Of a DNA stretch of 64,000 nucleotides, positions 50,020 through 63,584 are shown one piece after another. The DNA lies in contig NC_087446.1 of NCBI RefSeq assembly GCF_036321535.1, positions 57,598,001 to 57,662,000 on the forward strand, written 5' to 3'. The stretch is from Camelus dromedarius (Eukaryota). Every line of letters starts with the position of its first letter. Positions within the stretch are counted from its first letter, which is position 1. The notes under the pieces were generated by a model, which worked only from the letters and a program-made list of their open reading frames with translations, was not told the DNA's origin and made no database searches. The position numbers were made by a program, and so were the translations under genes.

Positions 50020-50240
50020 AAGTAAATAAAATAGGTCTTCTTAACACATATTAAGTGCCACAGGATTTTTAGAGTACTTTCATTTAGATTATTGCAATTA
50101 TTTCTTTTAAAAAAAAAACCTTGAAATTTCAACTCCATTTTAAACAGAGATAACCGAAGCTTAAAGAAAGTAAATAACTTATCCAAAGTCACCAGTCTAT
50201 GTGGCCCATTTGTATGTTTAATCCATGTGTTCTAACTGTA
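50020..50240 (-). mobile_element. MIR fragment
   Basis: ctccattttaaacagagataaccgaagcttaaagaaagtaaataacttatccaaagtcac matches the reverse MIR core. Confidence 0.55.
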
Positions 50241-53200
50241 AAGACCGTACACTGTGTGTGATAATTTATCCTAGAATGTCATAAGTAATAAATTAATAGT
50301 ATTTTGATACCATAGTATTTTTATTAGTTTATTTACTTTTCCTTCCTTGTCTAAATTATAGATAGCTAGCTTATGACTGAAAATGTGAGGTTAGGAGCTG
50401 ATATTCACCATACACTCCAACAGATATGAGTGTTACTATTTCTGAAGTTACTATTAAAAGTGATTTGATAATCTCTCTTTCCCCTTGTTTTGTCTCTATG
50501 AACACTGGTATGTATGCTGTGAACTGAATCTGCCCATCATTACTGAAATAAAGAAATATAAATTATTCAGATTTCTCCAGGGGAATAGTTATCTAAAATA
50601 ACTGTGAAAAAAAAAAAGTATCTAATAAAACAATCATTCCAACCACTCAGTGGATTCTCCAGACGAATCCTTGCCTTCAGGCCTTCAGGCCATGAGAAGT
50701 TCTTAAGTGTCACGCTGCAAAGCTTACAATGACTGACCAGCGCCCAAAGTAAATTTAAAGTAATTATGAAGCTGAATTAGATGTTACCCTCAACATTGAA
50801 TTAAACTATTTTTCTTTTCATAATGTACTAAACTAAACCCTAAAACACTCTTTAAACACACAAAGTAGCAGAAACAATGATAAAATGAATAAAACACATT
50901 GTTTTGGTGGTACGATTTGTGAAATTTTTCTAGTGATCTGTAATGAGGTTTAACTGAAGAAGAGAGAACTGGTAGACATAGAAAAAGTTGAAACAACTGG
51001 ACTCTCAAAGTCATTGCATTACTAAGAGATATTTCCACCCAGTGCAAAATAAAATATTATTAAAAACAAACAAACAAAAATAACAACAAAACACACAAGA
51101 AATACAATGGAACTAGTCTGAGGCTTTCATCTCAGTCTCTCAAAGGAACATCTTTTGGTCCTTGAAACATAATGTACCCTTTAATTCAGAGTCTCCTTCT
51201 CATCTTGGGCATCCGAGAAATCATGAATATCTAGTTTATTTAAAGGGTCACTAACTTGATGGCAGGGATTTAGGAAGGGCAGGAGATAGGAGTGTTTTCA
51301 GAATGACACCTTGAAGATGCTTCAGAGTCATCTCGTGTAACAAACATGAAGTATCGCTGTTAATTTTCATTCTGAATAGCTCAAAGAGCCTGTCTCAGGG
51401 ATTCTTAGGGAGCAAGTAAGAACTGAGTTTGATGAAATGGGTGGAAGAAAGTATAAAGCACAATAAATACTCTAATCCATGTTCTTCCAGGGGGAAACAT
51501 GGACCTACATTCAGAAATAAAAGCTGAGAAGATGAGTTAAATGCTTGGAGATATCCTTCACGCCCTGTGTGAATACATCCTTGTGATGGCTGAAGGCTCT
51601 AGGAAGCATATAGACCTCATTAAACATGGGGTTTATTTCTCTCAAAAGGCTGATGAATGAATGAATGCTGATAATTTTTATCAGGCTTATTTGATGTTGG
51701 TAAATAAATGCAATCCACTGAATTTTCATAAACATTTTCACATAAAAAGTATAGTATACACTCCTAACCCTATGATATTGGATCACGTCTTGCTAGAGTT
51801 CCTTTAAGCTTATTTTCTCTAGTCCTGGAACGCTGGCTATGTAAGTGTTCATTTTCAGTGATGCTCACATGAACTCTTCCAATATCTATTAATACCTTTG
51901 TTCATAGCTCTTCATACATTCTGTCACAAGTTTAATCAGTAGCAAAAAGTGTAAATCATATTATTATTCAAAAGAGTATTAAAATTAACAGGAAACTTAA
52001 GAGGAAAAACAAAATGTAAAAAAAGTAGAAATATGTTTTAAAATACAGTGTACTGATACATTGTTCACCATGTAATAGTAACAATATAATTTTTAAAACC
52101 TGGATATCCAATGCCAATAAGTTACTGCAGAAATTTCAGTCTAGAGAGTGAAACCAAATCTTGTCTATTTGATGAGAATGCGTTTTGTGATTTAAGATGT
52201 CATGAAAAAGTAGTGCTTTCCATGAAAAACAAACCCTTATAAAGGAAGAGTGAAGTTACTGAGAGGGAGTAAATTTAATTAAAAGGATGAATTGTAAAAA
52301 ATTAAGGACATTAATTTTGAAATAACATTTTACAGTTTTCTTTTAAGTTATATATCAAAAAATTTAGCTTCCTTTACATGTTTTTTGTTATAAATTTACT
52401 CAATACAGAGAATTTAAACCAAGCAGATAATACATCTTGAAAAAAGTAGGTAAAGTAGCAAAATACATCTTGTAAAACAAAGATAGAACTGATGTGATAT
52501 ACAGCCTAGAATTTGGCATAAAGTGGAGACATGCAACAAACTCAACATTCATCAATTAATTAGACAAGTGTTTATTTCAAACCTACTATTACTATACTAT
52601 ACTATAGAGAGGTGTTCACAGGAGATTTGTAGTCTGTGAGGTGGGTTTCAAAGGATGAATTGAGAATTAAGAGTTCTATAGTCCTCATTACAATGGGTAT
52701 CAAACCTGGTGTTTCGGGAATAAGGAAGAAGCCAATTTGAAAATCATTGAAATCTGCTACCCATAATGCTAGTCACATGCATATATTTAATGCAAACCTC
52801 ACCACCTTTCTGAGAAAGATTACGATTACTAATGAGGAGCGGAGAAACGAAGTGGCCACTGGTAGCAACGCTGATGTGCTGCAAATATCTAATATGCCTC
52901 AAATGCGGCGCTCAAATCCCAGCTGAAGATGAGAGAAGTGACTTGTTTGTGGAAAGCGAGGGAGTGGTGATGAGGCGGTGAAGGCAGATACACCGTGGTG
53001 GGAGAGGTCACCACGTACACACAGTGGGAAGAACAAAGGCTAAGAGTCACTTTCCCCGAATGCCTGACAGGTAGTGTACAATCATGTGATTCTACTTCAT
53101 TTGTGTTTTTATTGTTATTGTTCTGATATGATTCTCTTGGTGCTAAATTTATTCATTACTACTTATCTTAGACATAGCTTTCTACATAGGACAACATCCA

Positions 53201-53269
53201 AATCCCAAATGTTTTCAGCTCAGTGGTCAGGAAGTGTTTTCTCCATTGAACAAAGCCTTATATGGGTAT

Positions 53270-53450
53270 TGTTAAATGCTAAGCATTTTTCTAAGTACTT
53301 CACATATATTCACTCATTTAATGCTCACAATAACTTTATGAGATAGGTTTCCATGCAGTGGAATAAAGTATGTATTTATAGACGAAGCACTGAGGGACTG
53401 AATGAATTTCAGACCTACTAAGTCGCTTGGATTCATACCTAGATATCCTC
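53270..53450 (-). mobile_element. MIR fragment
   Basis: ctcatttaatgctcacaataactttatgagatagg matches reverse MIR. Confidence 0.55.
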
Positions 53451-54361
53451 ACTCTTCCTTATAGAAATATCTATGGTAATATCACTAAAATTTTATTTTA
53501 AAAAAAGGAAAAATTAAAACTCACTATTTAAAAAACACACAAAGACACAAACTATTAACCTCAGCTTCCTTAAAGAGCACTTATCTAACTCTTTAATAAT
53601 CATATTTAAGTATTATTTTAAATAATATTTTAAATAGAAGGGGAAATAGGTTGTATAGGAATGAAGTCCATAATGGTGACACAGTGTTAGGCTGAACTAT
53701 TACAAAATGTTACCAGGGTTTCAGATGTAATGAAGCGCCAGCTTACAGTATTTTCTACCTTCCTCCCCTCTACTCTTAACATCTGCAGCTGTTTCAATGA
53801 CTTTAGCTTTTCTGACTTCCAATAAGGTAATAGAAGGAGTTGGAAAAACTGAGTGTTAGCAAATTTGATAGATAGCTAAGGACAAAATGTTCCATTTATT
53901 AAAAAAACTATGGCATCGTTCCCACTTTTGAGAATTCTCAATATAATCAAACTTTCAAGTTACAGAGAATGGGAGACATACGTAGGGATTGGAATAGCAC
54001 AAAGGTGGTTCTCAGGAAACCTCATGGGTTATGGGCACCTTTCTGAAAGTTCACAGGTAGTCTATGGAGTCAGAAAAGTCTAGGCACAAATCCCGTCTCT
54101 AAGACTTAAAATTCTGGGATATTTACCATTTTAAACCTGCCTTAGCCAAAGAGTTTTCACCTGTAAAAGAGAGGAAACTAAAAGATCATTGTGATTATCA
54201 TTGTGATTTATTTGCTTCAAATGTCCCCTGAAGTGAGATGACATACTATTCAGCCAGATGCTAGCTCCAAACTTGGCTATTTGGCAATCTACTCTTCAGG
54301 TTTGTTCCTTGTGCCTTCTCCTGTAGGTCTGGCCGAGGAGATACAAATAAGCAACTGAAGA

Positions 54362-55303
54362 ATGAGGAACTACACAGTAATAAGAGAGTTCATCCTCCTG
54401 GGACTGTCTGATGACCCACAGCTTCAGGCTGTCATCTTCATCTTTCTGCTCATCACCTACATGCTCAGCATCACTGGGAACCTGACCATTATCACCCTGA
54501 CCCTGCTGGACTCCCACCTCCAGACCCCCATGTATTTCTTCCTCAGAAACTTCTCCTTACTAGAGGTGTCATTCACAACTGTCAGTATACCCAGATTCCT
54601 GAGCACCATTGTTACAGGAGATAAAACCATTTCCTTTAATGATTGCATTGCTCAGTTATTTTTTTTCATTCTCCTGGGAGCCACTGAATTTTACCTGCTG
54701 GCCGTCATGTCCTATGACCGCTACGTTGCCATCTGCAAACCTCTGCATTACACAACCATCATGAACCAGAGAGTCTGCATAATGCTTGTCTTCTCTTCTT
54801 GGCTCATTTCATTCTTAATGATATTCCCTGCACTCATGTTGCTCTTAAACCTTGATTACTGCAAGTCTAATTTTATTGACCATTTTACCTGTGATTATTT
54901 CCCCCTCCTACAACTTTCTTGTTCAGACACCAAATTCCTAGAAATAATGGGGTTTTCCTGTGCTGTGTTCACTCTAATGATAACCTTGGCACTGATATTC
55001 CTGTCCTACATATATATCATCAGCACAATTGTGCGGATTCCTTCTACCAGTCAGAGGACAAAGGCCTTTTCCACATGTTCATCCCATGTGATTGTCATCT
55101 CCATCTCTTATGGCAGCTGCATCTTTATGTATATTAAACCCTCAGCAAATGAGAGAGTGTCTTTGAGCAAGGGTGTGGCTGTGCTCAACATCTCAGTAGC
55201 CCCGATGCTGAACCCCTTTATTTACAGCCTAAGGAATCAGCAAGTCAAGCGAGCCTTCACGGACATGGCGAGGAAGAGTATTTTTCAGAAGCAAATGAAA
55301 TGA
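54362..55303 (+). CDS. OR6C1: Olfactory receptor 6C1, intact, 313 aa
   Basis: All OR motifs present; [34 protein letters not shown] matches my recollection of human OR6C1; acceptor ctcctgtag at 54325-54326. Confidence 0.85.
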   Translation: MRNYTVIREFILLGLSDDPQLQAVIFIFLLITYMLSITGNLTIITLTLLDSHLQTPMYFFLRNFSLLEVSFTTVSIPRFLSTIVTGDKTISFNDCIAQLFFFILLGATEFYLLAVMSYDRYVAICKPLHYTTIMNQRVCIMLVFSSWLISFLMIFPALMLLLNLDYCKSNFIDHFTCDYFPLLQLSCSDTKFLEIMGFSCAVFTLMITLALIFLSYIYIISTIVRIPSTSQRTKAFSTCSSHVIVISISYGSCIFMYIKPSANERVSLSKGVAVLNISVAPMLNPFIYSLRNQQVKRAFTDMARKSIFQKQMK

Positions 55304-55777
55304 TGTGGTGTAATGAATTAGAGACACATTGCTGGGAAAGCTAAAATTTTCAATAGGGTATTCAAAACACAATGATCTCCATGCCATCGTTGTGTATTCT
55401 CTTTCCTTCTAGCAGTTTACAAGCCCATTTGTTTAGTATCTTTCTCATTCAATTTGGATAACTTTGCTTAAGTCTTTCTGACTTTCATTCTTCTGAACAC
55501 TTGTTAGTTGCAACTTCTTAAACTAAAAACTTTTAAGTTTAAAATTGCATTTTGAGTTTTGTTTAGGAAAGAAACAGTCACCAGGAATGGAGGACACTGT
55601 ATAAAGATGTCTGTGATATTTCACTTACTTAGTACAGAAAACATAATCTTGTGAGTTTCATTTACATTTGACAGAAGTTGCCTTTACCATATTGCAGTTT
55701 CTCAGGAAACATTTTTTTTTTGATGCCATATAATTTACTGAAAAATGTGAAACTTTTTTTTTAAGCTAAGAAACATT

Positions 55778-55926
55778 GGGGGGAAGGTATAGCTCAGTGG
55801 TAGAGTGCCTGCCTATCATGCATGAGGTCCTAGGTTCAATCCCCACTACCTCCATTAAATAAATAAACCTAATTGCCTCCCCCTAAAAAATGAAAACAAA
55901 ACAAAAAAGTCTTAAAAAAAAAAAAA
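55778..55926 (+). mobile_element. tRNA-derived SINE (camelid Vic-1-like)
   Basis: ggtatagctcagtggtagag...gaggtcctaggttcaatcccc; perfect TSD ctaagaaacatt at 55766-55777 and 55927-55938. Confidence 0.9.
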
Positions 55927-56964
55927 CTAAGAAACATTACTTGTTGCTTACTTCAATAGAGGATGTCCAAATAATTTATTCATTGATTTAAAAAGTATAG
56001 ATTTTTAGCAATATGTACTTCTGTAGGGATACTGCTAAATAAAGCTCCATTTTTCTAAATCCCATAAAAACACAGTAGATGCAGGCAGATACATACATAG
56101 AATAAAATAGTGAAGAAATAGCCATTTTAGATATTTAGGATAAATTCACTTTCTGTAATTTCATGGAAGGTAAGCTCCCCTTTGCGATTTTGCTGAATTA
56201 CATGTATATATAAAACCTTCTCAAAATTTGGACTAGTTTGAAACAGGGCATTTATCCAGATTATTTTATACCTAAAAAAATTTCATTTAAGTTTTGTAGA
56301 AGATAAAAGCTTCATATGAATGCAAAATCTTCCATTTTATATAAAATTAGGATTTCATATGTTAAAATACTCTCACATTTTATCTGCTTGATGCATTAAT
56401 AAGTGCCTAAAGTATTTTTGGAATGGGGTGTGTGTGTGCTCGCGTGTGCGTATGCGTGTGTGTGTTTGTGTGTAAAGTGAAATAATGATTATGGATATTA
56501 AGAAGTATTCTAAATTATATAAACCAATTTTTGGTAACAGAAAAATAAACCTAAATAGTGGTGCAACTTTCCTAATAATCATTATGAGATACATTCACTT
56601 CAGAGATACAACACAGGATTTGTTGAGAAAGGAAAAAAAATTGACAGAATATTGAAAGAGATACAAAATATTAGAGGAAAATTAAGAATGGTTTCTGCCG
56701 TTCATTCCATCCTATCTGAAGTATAATTTGTATGTTAAATAAGACAAATAGTTGACAAACTTGAGGTTTCTATACCCTCTAAGCACATATTTCCCATGGG
56801 TAAATCAGGTTATAAGTTCAGGTAAATCAAGTATAAACAACTTACCACAGGGAGGGAAATAATCTAAAAGCTTATTTCATAAATAGCTATCAATAAATTG
56901 TAATAAATACTAATATTGTTCTACGTATCTAACTGGTACAGTTATGAAAATGTAGGGCTTATAT

Positions 56965-57105
56965 TTCTAAGACAAGAACACTTAACATGAGATCTACCCA
57001 CTTCAAATTCTGAGGGCGCAGTACAGTGTTGTTAACTACAGGCACAGTGTTGTGTAGCAGAATTCTAGAACTTACTCATCATGTATAACTGAAACTTTAT
57101 GCACA
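56965..57105 (-). mobile_element. L1 3'UTR fragment
   Basis: aacacttaacatgagatctaccc...tctagaacttactcatcatgtataactgaaacttt. Confidence 0.65.
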
Positions 57106-57934
57106 TTTTTATGTACAACTTTAAGTACAATTTTATTTTTATGTACAATTTTTATTATTTCTATGTGATTCTCTTACTGCAGATTTTAAATTAGACCTAA
57201 CATAGCCTTTACCATTAGATACCATCTTTAAGCTGAAGGTTCTTAATTCAATGGTCAGGAAGCATATTTTTCATAGAGCAAAGCCTTCTATGACTTTTAT
57301 TACATGCTTGGCACTTTTCTAAAGATTTCACACAGAGACGTCATTGAAAGCACAACTCTGTGAGACAGACAGGTGTTCAAAGGAATTTATGGATGAACTA
57401 ACTCAGGCACAGAGAAGTTCAGGATTTTTAAAACAGCAAATGGCCAGGATTCACTCTTCCTTATGGAAATAACTATGATGTCATTTTTTTCATTTTATTA
57501 AAAATAGAAAAATTAAAACCTACTATTATTTAACACATATAAATACATAAACATATTAATGTCTGCTTTCTTGAAAAGCACCTAGTCATCTCTTTGACTG
57601 AAGGAAATTCTTCTGAAATAATAACGATACTTACTATTTTAAAGAGAAAGGGAAACAGATTGTATTAGAATAAAGCCCGTAATGATGACACATGGGTAGG
57701 CTAAATTGTCATGAAACATTGCCAGGAATTCACATGCAAGGAACCTCAGTTTTTAAGCCCTTCCAGTTACATTATTTTCTCCCTTTTCCCTAACATCTCA
57801 GGTTCCTCATGGCAGTGGCTTCAGTGTATCTCACCTCAGGTGAGGTAGTAGCAGGAGTTGGAAAAGATGAGTGTTACATGCCTAAGGAAAAACCAATCAC
57901 TTTTATTAAAAATTAATTATATTTACCAATTTTG

Positions 57935-59328
57935 AAGAGTCTCAGTGCAACTAAACCCTCGGCCCCCAGCATCGGCACCCTATCCCTGGGGTCTGGCACC
58001 AGGAGCACAAGCCCCCTTGGCTGGTCTGAAGACCAGCGGGGCTTACTGGAGGGCTGCAGAAACTGAGGCTCTGCTCTTGAGGAGTGGACAAACAGACCTG
58101 CTTGCTCCCTATCTCGGACACTGGAAAATGCCTGGTGCCCTGATCAGCCTGCCAGATCCCCCGAGCGTGTCCCCCAGCCCACGCTGGCTCATGCTCCAGC
58201 CCCTTGGGCCCAGCCCCAACCCCAACCCCAACCCAAACACAGACTGTCATTGTGCTAGGGAGAAGCCTAGCTCACTCTGGACTGCTGTTCCAGCCCCTCG
58301 GGGCCCCTGACCCCTCCACCCTGACTCCCGGCCAAGGTGGCTATGATCCTCAATCCTGGGAGAAGGCTTGGCTTGCACTGATCTATGGCTCTAGTCACTC
58401 TGCCTCCAGCCATACCTCCCAGGGAGACGGCTGCCAGCACACACCAAGAGAACACTCGGCCAGTGCTCATTCAGATCCAGCTCTCCTATCAAAGCCACTG
58501 TGCACAGGCAGACTGCACAGAGATGCCCACATAAGGATATGGCTTCAAGACTGAGATAGGTAACTGTTTCTACCTCATGTCATAGGACAAACAAGGAAAA
58601 TCAAATCAAATGCAAGGACAGTGGCACATGTTCCAAAGAAAGAAAAAAAAAACAAAAAAAACCTAATGAAATAAATATAAGTAATTTACACAATAAAGAG
58701 TTCAAAGCAATAGTAACAGAAAACACTCCATGACTTGGGAAAATAACAGAAGAACATAGTGAGAACTTCAACAAAGTACTAGAAAAAATAAAGGTGAACC
58801 AATCAGAGCTAGAGAATACAATAAATGAAATAAAATGTACACTGAAGTGAATTAACCGAAGATTATGAGATACAGAAAAACTCATTAGCAACCCAAAAGA
58901 CAGAATACTGGAAATCACCCAATCAGAAAAAGAAAAAGAAAAAAAAATTTTTTTTTGAAATGAAGATAGTTTAAGGGACCTCTTGGACAACATCAAGTGC
59001 ACTAACATTTATATTATAAGGGTCCCAGAAGGAGAAGAGAGAGAGAAAGGAGCAGAAAATGTATTTGGTTAAATTATGGCTGAAAACGTCTCTAACCTAA
59101 AGAAGGAAATGGATATCCAAGTTCAGGAAGCAAAGAGAGTCCCAAACAAGATGAATCCAAAGAGACTCAAACCAAAACATATCTTAATTAAAATGTTAAA
59201 AGTCCAAGATAAAGAGATAATTTTAAAAAGCAGTGAGAGAGAAAAAGGCACATAAAAAGCAATCTCCATAATCAGCTCATTTTTCAGCAGATACTCTGCA
59301 AGTCAGAAGGGACTAGCATGATATATTT
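57935..59328 (+). mobile_element. L1 5'UTR (GC-rich) and decayed ORF1
   Basis: GC-rich 5'UTR 57935-58600 then ORF1 text (ggacaacatcaagtgcactaacatt...gtcccagaaggagaagagagagagaaagg); explains the ORFs at 57945-59008. Confidence 0.8.
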
Positions 59329-59575
59329 GAGATGTAATGTACAACATGATAAAGATAATTAACACTGCTGTATGTTACATATGAAAGTTGTAAAAAGAGT
59401 AAATCCTGAGTTCCCATTATGAGGAAAATTTTTTCTGTTTAATTTCATATCTATATGAGATAGTAAATGTTCAATAAACCTATTTCATGATGTTTGTAAT
59501 CAAATCATTATGCTGTAAACCTTCCATTTATACATAGCGCTGCATGTCATTTACACCTCAGTACAACTGGATGAA
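59329..59575 (+). mobile_element. L1 (L1MA/MB-like) 3' end
   Basis: gatgtaatgtacaacatgataaagataattaacactgctgtatg; same family text as 43345-43597. Confidence 0.7.
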
Positions 59576-60220
59576 ATATATAACATTTATATTCTATAAA
59601 GCAGTTATTATGTGATCTGTATTATTATTTTATGTAATTATATAATGAATGTGTGACTTATTATTAACTGATTATGTTATTTTAACTATCAAAATATTTG
59701 AGAAAAATAAGAGCAACAATAAAGATAATTAAGAATATTCAGTTAGCAGAACTAAAATAAACAAAAGATTTGTATTTTGTGATACTTCTCACTAGTATGT
59801 TAATGACATGATAAGTAAATGCAAGACCAAGATGAAAAGTAAGAAAACAAAATTGACCCTATAATTAAGTATTGCTACTGATAAGGAGGATTATTAGCTA
59901 ACCTATGGAACAGCATTTTTAAAAAATTGTGAGCACAGTATGTACATTATAATAGTTATTATTTATCTCAGAATTATGAAACAGCCTTATTTCTTGAAGC
60001 CCAAAGAATAACAAAACCTAGAGATAAACAAAAAGTGTACATGTAGAAAAATCATACATGCCAAGATGAATAAATAATATTAGACTGAGTTCTCTTTTTG
60101 TAAGAATTCACATTTATTTTTATAACTCTTGAAATATTAAATAATTGTGGTTAATGGAAGATTATTTTGTAGATGTCAACGTTTAGGTCCTCTATGGGAT
60201 ACAAAGATGAACATAACCAT

Positions 60221-60347
60221 TCTCAAGGGAGACTCATGATAGAGAAGAGTTAGGAGGCTACTGAGAATGCCAAGGGAGGCTTCGAGAAATCCCTCATGGT
60301 CTACAGTAAGGAGAGATGTGCCCTGACTTTGCCTTGTTCCCAGGAGA
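60221..60347 (+). promoter_or_regulatory. Cluster of three O/E (EBF)-like sites, candidate OR6C3 promoter
   Basis: TCTCAAGGGA 60221-60230, TGCCAAGGGA 60268-60277, TCCCAGGAGA 60338-60347, each one mismatch from TCCCNNGGGA. Confidence 0.45.
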
Positions 60348-60616
60348 TGAATGCATGACTCTCTTCATAGGTCAAAAGAGCTAGACTTGAAAATTAGAGC
60401 TACTAATGCCAACAGACGGACATCAGAACTAAGAATCTATACTCATAAGACCTGATATTGTCATATCGCTCTCAGTTCTCTCTTTAAATATGACTTTCTT
60501 AAAATTCTAGATCAACATTATTGAAGAGGACTGCAGTATGTTTCCAGATCTTAAGATTTCTGACAGTGCAGTTTTACTTCCTGAACTATTTCCCTTTAGT
60601 CATAAAATAGAGAAAA

Positions 60617-60738
60617 TGGGAGGATATAGCTCAAGTGCTAGAGCACATACCTAGCATGCACAAGGTCTTGGGTTCAATCCCTAGTAACTCCTCTAAGAAA
60701 AAAAATTAACAAAAATAAATAAATAAATAAATAAAAAT
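60617..60738 (+). mobile_element. tRNA-derived SINE (camelid Vic-1-like)
   Basis: gatatagctcaagtgctagag...ggtcttgggttcaatccc, (AAAT)n tail; TSD aaaatag(a/g)gaaaa. Confidence 0.85.
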
Positions 60739-61962
60739 AAAATAGGGAAAAAATTAAATCAAACTGGATTAGTTGACTTTTACTTGTCTGACAGAGAAGC
60801 AATGATTTTATATTCAATTATTCACAGCAGAATTGTGGCTGTCTGAAATATGGAGAAATTAGTTGTCCTGATTTTTAGCAGACCAGATACACTGTGTGTA
60901 TCCAGCACAGCGAGGGATGAACTGAATAGGTTAGGATGAAGGAGAGGTTTTCCTACACATTTCTGGATAACCATCTAGATCAGTCATCTTATTTGAAAGA
61001 TAAATGTGAGGCAGAACTACAAGGTAGTAAAACATTTTTCCATAAAGCTTAATAGCTGTGAAAGAAGGATGTCCAAATGGAAAATGCACTGGGCTACAAT
61101 CTGGGTGACACAGCTGCTAAGATCTGAGGCAAGTAGTTATTTTTCAATTTGTGCTTCAGTGTAAAGTAAAAAATGAATAAATACTGCATATCACCTTAAG
61201 CTCAGAAATAAAAATGTTTCTCACTATATATACTCCTAACAAGTTATAGAAGACATCAAAATTAATGATTTCATTGGAGTTATTTTTAAAAAATCATTAA
61301 ATGAGTAAGTGAATATGTTCTCTATCAGAGTAATATTAATATATTACTATATAATATGTACAGAATGTTCTCATATATCTTGATAATTATACACATAAAT
61401 ATTAACATTAAAATGAAATTAGTAATTAATTAATATTTAAAGTTTATTTTATTTTCTAAGAAAATTATATTAAATTCTCATATCATAAAATATAATGCAT
61501 TGTTATTTTAGTTTCTATGTTTCATTTTTTATCTTTTGATGAAATTAAGGTGATTCACTTGTGTTTCTAGTTGGTAGTATCTTCTAAGAAATACATGACA
61601 GAAAAAAAGAAAAAATGCATACTTATGTGATTATTTCAACAAAAATGCAATGACTTGCATAAAGTAGACAAAGAAAAAAGCACTGATTTCATTTAACATA
61701 TCTCAATAGTGTGACTTATTGTATGAAGATTTTCTAACTTCACCTGCTAGATTTAAAATAAAGCAGGACTCACAAATATATACTAAGATATAATGCAAAT
61801 AAGAGAGTCTGATGAATATAACATCAGCATGGATTCTAGAAAATGTTTGAGAATTGTATCAGTGATGATATTGATCATGATGAATTATCTTCCATCTCTT
61901 CCCTCTAATATACTTCCCACCTAAATATCCTGAAAGAAGGAAAAGGAGAGAGACAGAGAGAA

Positions 61963-62898
61963 ATGAACCACACAGTGATCACAGAGTTTGTCCTCCTAGG
62001 CCTTTCTGATGATCCTGACCTTCAGATTGTGATTTTCCTCTTTTTGTTTATCACATATGTATTAAGTGTCACTGGAAACCTCACTATCATCACCCTGACT
62101 TTGCTGGACTCCCATCTACAGACGCCAATGTATTTCTTCCTCCGAAACTTCTCTTTCCTAGAAGTCTCCTTTACCACTGTATGTATTCCTAGGTTTCTGG
62201 GGACAATTATCACCAGAGATAAGACTATTTCTTTTAACAGTTGTGCAGCTCAGCTATTTTTCTTTATATTCATGGGGGTGACAGAGTTTTACATTCTAAC
62301 TGCCATGTCCTACGACCGCTACGTTGCCATCTGCAAGCCCCTTCATTATACAGCCATCATGAGCAGGAAAGTCTGCAGCCTGCTTGCACTATGTGCATGG
62401 CTGGGTTCCTTTCTGACTGTTTTCCCACCTGTTGTGCTTCTCCTCCAGCTGGATTTCTGTGCCTCCAATGTCATTGATCACTTTGCATGTGACTATTTTC
62501 CCCTTTTGCAATTATCTTGCTCAGATACGTGGTTCCTAGAAGTAATGGGATTTTATTTTGCTTTGGTTAGTTTGCTGTTCACCTTGGCATTAGTGATTTT
62601 GTCTTATATGTACATCATCAGGACTGTTTTGAGAATCCCATCTGCCAGTCAGAGGAAAAAGGCTTTCTCCACGTGTTCCTCTCACATGATTGTCATTTCC
62701 ATCTCTTATGGAAGCTGTATATTCATGTATGCTAATCCCTCGGCCAAAGAAAAGGCATCTGTCACTAAAGGGGTAGCTGTTCTCAACACGTCTGTTGCCC
62801 CCATGCTCAACCCCTTCATTTACACCCTGAGAAACCAGCAAGTAAAACAAGCCTTCAAAGACATGGTCTATAAAGTAATATTTTCTGCCAAGAAATGA
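61963..62898 (+). CDS. OR6C3: Olfactory receptor 6C3, intact, 311 aa
   Basis: MNHT start, [22 protein letters not shown] and [12 protein letters not shown] match my recollection of human OR6C3; all OR motifs intact. Confidence 0.88.
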   Translation: MNHTVITEFVLLGLSDDPDLQIVIFLFLFITYVLSVTGNLTIITLTLLDSHLQTPMYFFLRNFSFLEVSFTTVCIPRFLGTIITRDKTISFNSCAAQLFFFIFMGVTEFYILTAMSYDRYVAICKPLHYTAIMSRKVCSLLALCAWLGSFLTVFPPVVLLLQLDFCASNVIDHFACDYFPLLQLSCSDTWFLEVMGFYFALVSLLFTLALVILSYMYIIRTVLRIPSASQRKKAFSTCSSHMIVISISYGSCIFMYANPSAKEKASVTKGVAVLNTSVAPMLNPFIYTLRNQQVKQAFKDMVYKVIFSAKK

Positions 62899-63584
62899 AT
62901 TTTTTGACAAAAATAAAGGACACTCTAAAGAGCTATTAGGTTAAATCTTGGAATTCCTGAATGTCATACAACTATGCTTGCTATTTATAGTCTCTTTAGT
63001 TGCTTTATGCCCACGGTACAGTTAATGTATTTTCCCAGTCCATTTCTTCCACTTCCGTGCCTAAGTTTCTCCAGTGCATTGTTCATTGACATTTAAAAAT
63101 ATAAGAAAGGTTATTTCTCCTACAGAATTTTCTGGAAATGAAATGTATTTCTTTAAAACATACTTTACAGTCTGAGGTAGAATATAATTTTAATTCTTTT
63201 AAGTATCAGTCCCTAAAAGGATCCTATGATTTCACATTGTAGTTCAAATGTAGAGTTCCAGAATTAATGTCTAATTTGTTGTGTATTTTGAAGATGAACA
63301 TTGATAATATGTTGAGGAGTAAAGACTGAATATGTTCGTATTATTATATATTAATTTCAGTCCAAAGAAATAATATGTACTATAATATTGCACATTAAAT
63401 GTAGAGTTTTATACTTTGTTAAATTTAGTGCTTATTTTCAAGATAAACACTGTTCATTATATTGTGTAATATTTATATAATTTCTGTATTTTCTGTTTTC
63501 TATCATTTTTATAAAATATTTATATTAAAAAATTCAAAAGAAATGCAATAAAACTTAAAACACTGCCACTTTCCTGAAGTCAAG

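Noticed and set aside
49770-50240. Tail-to-tail MIR pair as a possible RNA hairpin
   Set aside because: Copies are too degenerate for stable pairing, and the arrangement is common
57945-59008. Several 99-135 aa ORFs and a (CCCCAA)n / G-quadruplex-like run
   Set aside because: All lie inside an L1 5'UTR/ORF1 remnant
43345-59575. Similar L1 3' ends upstream of both OR6C3-like genes, suggesting a duplicated L1+OR unit
   Set aside because: The copies are diverged as expected for independent insertions, and I saw no similarity in the unique flanks
29989-60738. tRNA-like A/B boxes as possible tRNA genes
   Set aside because: They have A-rich tails and TSDs and lack a full cloverleaf, so they are SINEs
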